Source: Porticoccaceae bacterium
Lineage (GTDB): Bacteria > Pseudomonadota > Gammaproteobacteria > Pseudomonadales > Porticoccaceae
Length of the DNA: 33,548 nucleotides
NCBI GenBank assembly: GCA_041622295.1
Contig: JBFJZC010000001.1
Coordinates: 1-33,548 of the forward strand
Direction of reading: 5' to 3'
Positions 17,242-23,898 of the stretch are shown piece after piece. Made by a program: the position numbers and the translations under genes. Position 1 is the stretch's first letter. Every line of letters starts with the position of its first letter. The notes beneath the pieces were generated by a model. That model was not told the DNA's origin. It was given only the letters and a program-made list of their open reading frames with translations, and ran no database searches.

Positions 17242-17742
17242 TTGAACAGTGACAGCTTGCTGTCCATCGCGCCTTATGACTGGCCGTCTATTGCCACGGC
17301 AATTTTTTGTGGCGCCATCATCGGTCTGGAGCGTCAACTCAGAGGCAAGCCGGTGGGTATTCGGACCTCATCAATAATCACCATGGGGACGTACATATTT
17401 TTACATTCGGCTATGTTGCTTAATAACGATGTTAGCGATCCTTCCCGCGTGATTGGTCAGGTGGTTACCGGTATTGGATTTTTAGGCGCGGGGGTAATGC
17501 TGGCGCGTGATGGCACGGTGGTGGGGGTTACATCCGCCGCGTCAATTTGGGTGCTGGCAGCTATTGGCGTTACGATTTCTCTCGGTCACCTGATGGCCGC
17601 GATAAAACTGTCATTGGTCACGGTGGCGATCCTCTATGGCGTTGAGTTTCTGGAACAACACACCAAGACATTTAGTCGTGGTGTGCATTCGCGATACAGC
17701 AATCGCCGAAAAACGGACAAGTCTGGAGGAAGTAAGCTGTGA
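17242..17742 (+). CDS. MgtC/SapB family membrane protein; short form without the C-terminal soluble domain
   Basis: 166-aa ORF with a TTG start. GGGAG at 17231-17235 lies 6 nt upstream. Family signature AIFCGAIIGLERQLRGKPVGIRTSSII plus GIGFLGAGVML...SAASIWVLAAIG. It begins 39 nt after the ptsP stop. Confidence 0.85.
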   Translation: MNSDSLLSIAPYDWPSIATAIFCGAIIGLERQLRGKPVGIRTSSIITMGTYIFLHSAMLLNNDVSDPSRVIGQVVTGIGFLGAGVMLARDGTVVGVTSAASIWVLAAIGVTISLGHLMAAIKLSLVTVAILYGVEFLEQHTKTFSRGVHSRYSNRRKTDKSGGSKL

Positions 17743-19205
17743 CCAATGTACTGGTGATCGTCGACAATGTAGAAGATATTGAGGCATATGATGCCAACGG
17801 TGTTGTGATTACTTTTGCTCAGTATCTGCAGGAACATCCCAAGAAAGGCGAAAAGAAAATCCGTCTTATTAATCTTTGTGATACCACGCATTACCTGAGC
17901 CGTGGTTATTATTGCTCTCTGCTGGCGGAGGCCCGTGGTCATCGGGTATTACCGTCGGTTAACACGATCAACGATCTGCGCAACGAACAGCTTTACATGG
18001 CGCAGATTTCGGAAGGGCTGTTCCCTGATAAAGGGAAAGAGCAGGACCCTGAGCCGGGTACCAAAGAAACGATTTATGTGTATTTCGGACACGCGTCCGA
18101 TCCGCGCTATGAAAAACTCGCACAACGTTTATTTACGCTATTTCCCGCGCCCAGTTTGAAAGTGGTGATGACCTGGAAATCCCGCTGGAAAATCAATAGC
18201 ATCCAACGCGTTGCTTTTGCCGGTTTGCCACACAAGCAACGACCGGCGTTCATGGAGGCATTGAATCGCTTTACTGAGCAGCACTGGAAAAGGAGCACCA
18301 GCAGGAAACGCTATCGCTGGGATATGGCTATTTTGGTTGAACCTGATGAAGCGATGCCGCCGAGCAATAAACTTGCATTGAGCAAGCTGGTCAAAGCCGC
18401 AGAAAAAATTAATATCAATGCCGACCTTATCACCGCCGCCGATTACACCCGGCTTAACGAATACGATGCCTTGTTTATCCGTACGACAACCGCCATTGAT
18501 CACTACACCTACCGGTTCTCTCGCAAAGCGGATATTGAGGGTATGGTAGTTGTCGACGATCCCACATCTATTTTGCGCTGTTGCAATAAAGTATTTTTAC
18601 AGGATGCGTTTACCTACAACAAAGTGCCATCTTTAGCGACGCAGGCGGTATTTGGTTTTGATGGCAAAACTGTCAGGGATATAGAACAACAATTTGACTA
18701 CCCCATGGTGTTGAAGGTGCCCGAGAGTTCTTTCTCGCGCGGTGTTTTCAAGGTGGCTGGACGCGACGAGCTGGTTAATCGGCTGGAGCAGTTGCTGGCT
18801 GAAACGGCCATCGTACTGGTGCAGGAATACCTTTATACAGATTACGACTGGCGTATTGGTGTGTTCAACAATAGACCGTTATTTGCCTGCCGGTATTTTA
18901 TGGCGAGAAACCATTGGCAGATTTATAATCACAGCAGCGAGCGCCATAGCAGTGGTGACTTCGAAACAATGCCCACATTTGAAGTGCCAAAACCAGTGCT
19001 CGACGCTGCGCTTAAAGCGTCGAAAGTGATTGGTGATGGCTTATATGGTGTTGACATCAAGCAGCTGGGAAAGCAGGCCTACGTAGTGGAAGTCAACGAC
19101 AACCCGAGTCTTGACCACAAAGTTGAAGACGTCTATTTGGGTGATGAGTTATATATGCTGGTGATGAACGAAATGGTCAGGCGCCTGGAGTTGCGAGGTC
19201 GATAA
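17739..19205 (+). CDS. RimK-like ATP-grasp ligase with N-terminal RLAN-type domain
   Basis: 488-aa ORF. The GTG start overlaps the upstream stop (GTGA at 17739-17742), with GGAGGA 8 nt upstream. The N-terminal ~190 aa (RLINLCDTTHYLSRGYYCSLLAEARGHRVLPSVNTINDL) match my memory of the RimK-like ATP-grasp N-terminal (RLAN) domain. The C-terminal half carries ATP-grasp motifs: YPMVLKVPESSFSRGVFKV, IVLVQEYL, DWRIGVFNNRPLFACRY, GLYGVDIKQLGKQAYVVEVNDNPS. Confidence 0.85.
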   Translation: MTNVLVIVDNVEDIEAYDANGVVITFAQYLQEHPKKGEKKIRLINLCDTTHYLSRGYYCSLLAEARGHRVLPSVNTINDLRNEQLYMAQISEGLFPDKGKEQDPEPGTKETIYVYFGHASDPRYEKLAQRLFTLFPAPSLKVVMTWKSRWKINSIQRVAFAGLPHKQRPAFMEALNRFTEQHWKRSTSRKRYRWDMAILVEPDEAMPPSNKLALSKLVKAAEKININADLITAADYTRLNEYDALFIRTTTAIDHYTYRFSRKADIEGMVVVDDPTSILRCCNKVFLQDAFTYNKVPSLATQAVFGFDGKTVRDIEQQFDYPMVLKVPESSFSRGVFKVAGRDELVNRLEQLLAETAIVLVQEYLYTDYDWRIGVFNNRPLFACRYFMARNHWQIYNHSSERHSSGDFETMPTFEVPKPVLDAALKASKVIGDGLYGVDIKQLGKQAYVVEVNDNPSLDHKVEDVYLGDELYMLVMNEMVRRLELRGR

Positions 19206-19679
19206 GTGGCTTCACCGGTTATTCGAAACGCTATCGCAGCCGATATTCCGATGCTGCTGGACATTGAAGCGAGCAGTTTCGCCAGCGACCATATTTCAAA
19301 ACGGCAATTCAATTACTTCCTGAAAAAAGCTAAAGCCAGGACACTCGTTGCCCTTGTTGACGGTATTGTTAGTGGCTATGCCATTGTGTTAATGCCTGCG
19401 CGAAAGAGCTACGCGCGACTCTATTCGATGGCGGTGGCAAAAAATATGAGAGGGTTTGGTATAGGTGATAGCTTATTGACGGCCGTCGATCAGGCGGTGG
19501 AAAATATCGGCTATTCTACGGCGGTGCTAGAGGTTCGGGTTTCCAGCGTTGGCGTAAGAAGGCTGTATGAAAAACACGGGTTTGTAGTTTGCCGCGTTCT
19601 GGGTGGATATTACGGCGATGGCGAAGACGGGCTCAAAATGAAAAAACAGATGGGGAGTAGCGATACTAAAAGATCGTGA
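19206..19679 (+). CDS. GNAT family N-acetyltransferase, RimI-like
   Basis: 157-aa ORF. The GTG start directly abuts the ATP-grasp stop (TAA 19203-19205), with GAGG 7 nt upstream. Motifs: acetyl-CoA motif A region MRGFGIGDSLL, then LEVRVSSVGVRRLYEKHGF....GYYGDGEDGLKM. This parallels E. coli RimI LEVRASNAAAIALYESLGF...NYYPT..GREDAIIM. Confidence 0.85.
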   Translation: MASPVIRNAIAADIPMLLDIEASSFASDHISKRQFNYFLKKAKARTLVALVDGIVSGYAIVLMPARKSYARLYSMAVAKNMRGFGIGDSLLTAVDQAVENIGYSTAVLEVRVSSVGVRRLYEKHGFVVCRVLGGYYGDGEDGLKMKKQMGSSDTKRS

Positions 19680-19700
19680 ATTTTGAGGGAATTATTTTTT

Positions 19701-20186
19701 ATGCTGAATAAAAACAGAAAAACTACTTGGTATGGAAAATTGGAAACCGCTACGTCGAGTACGGAGGTTATTTACGATCCGACACTACCGGAAGCACCAA
19801 AAAACCGTGTCTATCTTTACAATGTCGAGCGTGGACAAGTTATTCCATACGTTTGGGAGATAGTGAAGGACTTGCTGAGCGAGGCTGAAGGAGAAGAGCG
19901 GGCCAGGATTAAAAGCCGGGCAGGCAAGCGCTGGAAGGCCGCCCGCAAGACTTTTATGCAGGGCCGTATTATGTTGCCCAGGCAGCCGGTGTCCCCGGTG
20001 GAAACTAAAGTTGCCAAGCCGTCAGATGACGACGAAATTATCGATCTGGGTATTCGCTTTGATGACGATGAGGTTGATGACGTGGTCGATGACGTGGTCG
20101 ATGATGTGGATGAAGTTGATGAAGTTGATGAAGTTGATGAAGTTGATGAAGTTGATGAAGAGGAAAGCTGCGAAGAAGATAGCTGA
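19701..20186 (+). CDS. Orphan 161-aa protein with a basic central segment and a poly-Asp/Glu/Val C-terminal tail
   Basis: ORF track 19683..20186. I prefer ATG 19701, with GAGGGA at 19685-19690. It starts 21 nt after the GNAT stop on the same strand and is followed by a strong hairpin. 32 of the last 54 residues are Asp or Glu, with one Arg. The segment RARIKSRAGKRWKAARKTFMQGRIMLPR has 11 Lys/Arg in 28 residues. I recognise no family. Confidence 0.65.
   Translation: MLNKNRKTTWYGKLETATSSTEVIYDPTLPEAPKNRVYLYNVERGQVIPYVWEIVKDLLSEAEGEERARIKSRAGKRWKAARKTFMQGRIMLPRQPVSPVETKVAKPSDDDEIIDLGIRFDDDEVDDVVDDVVDDVDEVDEVDEVDEVDEVDEEESCEEDS
20076..20162. repeat. In-frame coding minisatellite: GATGACGTGGTC x2, then GATGAAGTT x5 perfect with degenerate flanking copies
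   Basis: Read directly. 12-mers at 20076-20087 and 20088-20099. 9-mers at 20109-20153 (five perfect copies, encoding DEV each), flanked by GATGATGTG (20100-20108) and GATGAAGAG (20154-20162). Confidence 0.95.
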
Positions 20187-20254
20187 GCGTAGCGAGGGGT
20201 CGGCATCAACGGCCTCCAATCTGTGCTGTTACGCTGGACTTTCTTAAGCTATAT

Positions 20255-20290
20255 AACCAGGCCCTGAGCACGATTGTTCAGGGCCTGGTT
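20255..20290. terminator. Perfect 13-bp stem hairpin between convergent operons; likely bidirectional terminator
   Basis: AACCAGGCCCTGA (20255-20267), 10-nt loop, TCAGGGCCTGGTT (20278-20290). It lies between the acidic-tail gene stop (20186) and the speB stop (20347). Flanking T/A runs are short (TT on plus, TATAT on minus). Confidence 0.65.
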
Positions 20291-20335
20291 AGTTCAGTAC
20301 GCGGTTGGTTAGTGTAGTACGCAGTTAGTTCGGTG
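20287..20335. repeat. Imperfect direct repeat with 20-nt period (GGTTAGTTCAGTACGC / GGTTAGTGTAGTACGC / AGTTAGTTCGG)
   Basis: Read directly: 16-mers at 20287-20302 and 20307-20322 differ at 2 positions, and a third partial copy follows. The first copy overlaps the 3-prime arm of the hairpin. Confidence 0.8.
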
Positions 20336-20346
20336 GCAGGTTGGAG

Positions 20347-21258
20347 TTATTCTGCGGATGCCGAACGTTGAATAATCCCCATCATTTTGTAAACCAGTAA
20401 AGCGGCGGAAAACTCGTAAGTGTGAAAGCCTTGAATAGGAGAAAACTCCATTAAGTCAAAGCCGATGATTTTACGCTGCTTTGCTACTGACTCGAATAAC
20501 GACAGCGTTTGATACCAGCCCAGGCCACCTGGCACCGGGGTGCCGGTTGACGGGAATATTGAAGGGTCCATGCCATCAATATCCAATGTGAAAAATACCT
20601 TGTCAGGAAAGTCGTCAGGTAAACTTATCTGCATATGATTTTTCGGAACTAATACGTCAGCGTCGAGGTGATGTACTGCGTAGAGTTTTCGCGTGGCGAT
20701 TTCTTCTTTACAGATGGCGCGAATGCCCAGCTGAAATAGCGGTATGTCTTCGTCGACAATACGTTTCATTACCGATGCATGACTGTAAGGGTTGCCCTCA
20801 TAAGCATCGCGTAGATCTGCGTGGGCGTCGATTTGAACAACACCAAAATCACTCATCCCCGCTGCCAGTAAGCCTTTAATAACGCCAAAGGTCACGGTAT
20901 GTTCCCCGCCCAGCGCAACAGGTATCCCGCCATGTTTGACGATAGCCTGTGTCGCCAGGGCGATATTGGCTATGGTCTGATCGGCATCGCCACTGACGTC
21001 AACCGGGGGGTGCGTGAAAATACCTTTTTCACAGGGTGAGCTGGCACCGTCCCAGGTTTCAAGTTGCCAGGAAGCGCCGAGAATGGCGGCGGGCCCAGCA
21101 GCCGTTCCACTGCCATAGGAAACCGATTTTTCATAGGGTACCGGCAGAATATGAAAGAAGGCTTCTTCTGGCTCCGGTTGCTTGAGCTCTGAACCGAGAA
21201 AGATGGGGTAACCAGGTGCGGCGAGTTGATCAAATTCACTCATAACCTTTGCTTCCAT
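20347..21258 (-). CDS. speB: Agmatinase (arginase/ureohydrolase family)
   Basis: 303-aa ORF. Mn-binding motifs of the ureohydrolase family: GGEHTVTFG, QIDAHADLRD, SHASVM, TLDIDGMDPS. Start is either ATG 21258 or ATG 21243 (Met6); neither has a strong SD. Confidence 0.85.
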   Translation of the reverse strand: MEAKVMSEFDQLAAPGYPIFLGSELKQPEPEEAFFHILPVPYEKSVSYGSGTAAGPAAILGASWQLETWDGASSPCEKGIFTHPPVDVSGDADQTIANIALATQAIVKHGGIPVALGGEHTVTFGVIKGLLAAGMSDFGVVQIDAHADLRDAYEGNPYSHASVMKRIVDEDIPLFQLGIRAICKEEIATRKLYAVHHLDADVLVPKNHMQISLPDDFPDKVFFTLDIDGMDPSIFPSTGTPVPGGLGWYQTLSLFESVAKQRKIIGFDLMEFSPIQGFHTYEFSAALLVYKMMGIIQRSASAE

Positions 21259-21345
21259 ACGTTGTTGAGCCTAACGTTCATAAAGCTTGCCTGCATTTGA
21301 AGTAATTTGGCCACTAGACCGTCTATTAGACCGCCTATGCGACTA

Positions 21346-22545
21346 TCAGGAAAGCCGGTTTTTGAAATCGTCGTATGAAAATGTGCGGACAATTCTAAGG
21401 TCGTCGGTGGTTGAATTCCAGATGGCAATTGAGGGTAGGCCAATACCGTTGAAGGTACTCGTTTTAACCATGGTGTAGTGGGCCATGTCGTCGAATATCA
21501 GGCGTTGTCCAATCTGCAACGGATTGTCAAAACTGTAATCGCCCATCACGTCCCCTGCAAGGCAGGTCTGGCCGCCAAGACGATAGGTGTAGGCTTTGGT
21601 GTCAGCTTCTCCGGCGCCAAAAATATTGGCACGGTAGGGCATTTCCAGTGTGTCGGGCATGTGGCATGTGGCAGAAGTGTCGAGAATTGCCAAATCCATG
21701 CTGTTGCGGGTGATGTCGAGGACTTCACTCACCAGTACGCCGGTATTAATGGCCGTTGCTTCGCCAGGTTCCAGGTAAACCTGGACGTCGTATTTCTTCT
21801 GGAAGCATTTTATGCATTCGATCAGGGCGTCAACTTCATAGCCCTCGCCAGTAATGTGGTGGCCACCGCCAAAATTAACCCATTGCAGTTGCGGCAGGAG
21901 TTTATGGAAGTGCCGTTCAATGACGGCGAGAGTTCGTTGCAGGGGTGCGAAACTCTGTTCGCAAAGGGTATGAAAATGCAAGCCGCTAATACCGTTCAGT
22001 TGCGAGCTTTGCAACGGCTGGTTCTCTGAAAGTTTGGGGTCAAACTCGGTCAGGGGGATACCCAGTCTGGAACCGGGTGCACAGGGATCGTAAATCGCAG
22101 CGGCGCCTTCGGAGTGGAGCGGGTTGATCCGCAGGCCAAACTGAAGTTCCGGACGTGCTTGCCTGGCCAGTTTTATAAGTGGCTGGTAACGTTCCCATTG
22201 GCTGAAGGAGTTAAATACCACGTGATGGGAAATCTTGAGGATCTCCCTGAGATCTGCTTCGGTGTATGCCGCCGAGTAAGTGTGAATCTCGCCGCCAAAC
22301 TCTTCGTGGCCTAGTCGCGCTTCGAACAGGCCGCTGGCGCAGGTGCCGGTGAGATATTGACTGATCAGCGGTGCGAGGCTAAACATCGAAAACGCTTTTA
22401 GCGCGAGTAGAACCTTTGCACCTGATTCGGTTTGTACGCGACTGAGGATTTTGAGATTCCGTTCAACTGCAATTTCATCCACCACGAAACAGGGTGAGGG
22501 TACGCGCGCTGCGTTGAAGCTGAGGAAGGTCTGGCTTTTAATCAT
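21346..22545 (-). CDS. nspC: Carboxy(nor)spermidine decarboxylase
   Basis: 399-aa ORF. Alanine-racemase-fold PLP decarboxylase with the NspC-type N-terminus (PSPCFVVDEIAVERNLKIL, LLALKAF) and FGGGHH, EPGEA, GQTCLAGD motifs. Adjacent to the dehydrogenase gene. Confidence 0.9.
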   Translation of the reverse strand: MIKSQTFLSFNAARVPSPCFVVDEIAVERNLKILSRVQTESGAKVLLALKAFSMFSLAPLISQYLTGTCASGLFEARLGHEEFGGEIHTYSAAYTEADLREILKISHHVVFNSFSQWERYQPLIKLARQARPELQFGLRINPLHSEGAAAIYDPCAPGSRLGIPLTEFDPKLSENQPLQSSQLNGISGLHFHTLCEQSFAPLQRTLAVIERHFHKLLPQLQWVNFGGGHHITGEGYEVDALIECIKCFQKKYDVQVYLEPGEATAINTGVLVSEVLDITRNSMDLAILDTSATCHMPDTLEMPYRANIFGAGEADTKAYTYRLGGQTCLAGDVMGDYSFDNPLQIGQRLIFDDMAHYTMVKTSTFNGIGLPSIAIWNSTTDDLRIVRTFSYDDFKNRLS

Positions 22546-22590
22546 GTATTCATGTCAACCCGGAGTTCGGCGTAATAAAGCTGATGTCAC

Positions 22591-23787
22591 TTAAATAAGC
22601 GAATAACCCGGCTCTTCTATCACCGTCCACGGTAAGCCGTATTTGTTCATATCGGCCATAAATGGGTCAGGGTCAAGCTGTTCCATATTCCAGACACCGG
22701 GCTTCATCCAGGTTTTCTCCAGCATCATTTTAGCCCCGATCATTGCAGGTACGCCGGTGGTATAGGAAATTGCCTGCGATTGTACTTCTCTGTAGCAAGC
22801 CTGATGGTCGCAGATATTATAAAGAAAAACGGTTTTTTCCCGCCCATCCTTAACGCCGCGAACCACGCAACCGATACAGGTTCTTCCCTGGGTGCGTGGT
22901 CCAAGTGTTGATGGATCCGGCAGCAGTGCTTTTAGAAACTGGATAGGAACAATTTGTTGGCCCTGATAATCTATGGGATGGATGCCGGTCATGCCCACGT
23001 TACCCAATACTTCCAGATGCTTGAGATAATTGTCGGAAAAACTCATCCAGAACTGCGCCTTTTTTAAGCTTGGAAAATTTTTGCTTAGAGATTCCAGTTC
23101 TTCATGATACAGCCTGTATATATCGAAAGAACCCACGTCTTCAGGGCAGGTAAAGCGCTGTTTGAGCGACATGGCCGGGGTGGTCACGAATTCGCCATTT
23201 TCCCAGTGTCGGCATTCTGCAGTCACTTCGCGGATATTAATTTCCGGATTAAAATTAGTGGCAAAAGCGTAGCCATGGTTGCCGCCGTTGACATCGATAA
23301 TATCCAGGTAGTGGATCTCGTCAAAATAATGTTTGGCGATATACGCGGTGAACACATTTGTGGCACCAGGATCAAAGCCGGAGCCCAGTAGGGCCATTAG
23401 ACCAGCCTTCTTAAACTTTTCCTGGTAGGCCCATTGCCATTTGTATTCAAATTTCGCGGTGTCCTGCGGCTCGTAATTAGCAGTATCCAGATAATGCACG
23501 CCCGCTTCCAGACAGGCATCCATGATAGTCAAATCCTGGTAGGGCAACGCAACGTTGATCACTAAATCAGGCTTTTCTTTATTAAAGAGGGATACCAGTT
23601 CCGGAACATTATCGGCATCAACTTGTGCCGTGCGTATTGGACGCTTCAGCTGGCTGGCGATAGCCTTGCATTTGCTTTCAGTGCGGCTGGCCAGAACAAT
23701 TTCATTGAAGATCTGGGGTAGTTGCGCACATTTGTGGGCGACGACACCACCAACGCCACCAGCACCGATGATTATTACTTTTGACAT
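22591..23787 (-). CDS. Carboxy(nor)spermidine dehydrogenase/synthase (saccharopine-dehydrogenase fold)
   Basis: ORF 22591..23871. I place the start at Met29 (ATG 23787, GGGAG about 8 nt upstream), giving MSKVIIIGAGGVGGVVAHK (Rossmann GxGxxG). Collinear with Vibrio CANSDH as I recall it: GFDPGATNVF, FATNFNPEINIRE, QAISYTTGVPAMIGAKMM, WNMEQLDPDPF. Confidence 0.9.
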   Translation of the reverse strand: MSKVIIIGAGGVGGVVAHKCAQLPQIFNEIVLASRTESKCKAIASQLKRPIRTAQVDADNVPELVSLFNKEKPDLVINVALPYQDLTIMDACLEAGVHYLDTANYEPQDTAKFEYKWQWAYQEKFKKAGLMALLGSGFDPGATNVFTAYIAKHYFDEIHYLDIIDVNGGNHGYAFATNFNPEINIREVTAECRHWENGEFVTTPAMSLKQRFTCPEDVGSFDIYRLYHEELESLSKNFPSLKKAQFWMSFSDNYLKHLEVLGNVGMTGIHPIDYQGQQIVPIQFLKALLPDPSTLGPRTQGRTCIGCVVRGVKDGREKTVFLYNICDHQACYREVQSQAISYTTGVPAMIGAKMMLEKTWMKPGVWNMEQLDPDPFMADMNKYGLPWTVIEEPGYSLI

Positions 23788-23898
23788 AATATACTCCCGG
23801 GTATTGGTTATCAGGGATAAAGGTAACAGCCAGTTGCCAGCTGGTTTCTGGAAGCGGAAATATTGTTCCAAAAGGCTATGGTCAATAGATCCGAGCGC

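Noticed and set aside
19817-20247. Minus-strand ORF encoding (SST)n serine/threonine repeats (19817..20209), a second minus-strand ORF (20022..20219) and a plus-strand ORF encoding (MKL)n (20011..20247) across the repeat tract.
   Set aside because: They are alternative frames held open by the 9-bp repeat. Only the D/E/V frame has an SD, an operon-consistent position and a non-repetitive N-terminal body.
2021-23871. Track start codons giving N-terminal extensions for several genes: 2021, 4908, 9258, 12547, 14914 and 23871.
   Set aside because: The extensions are not homologous to the N-termini of the respective families and are Arg/Cys-rich or unstructured. Internal starts with an SD restore canonical N-termini. 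Exact starts remain uncertain by a few codons.
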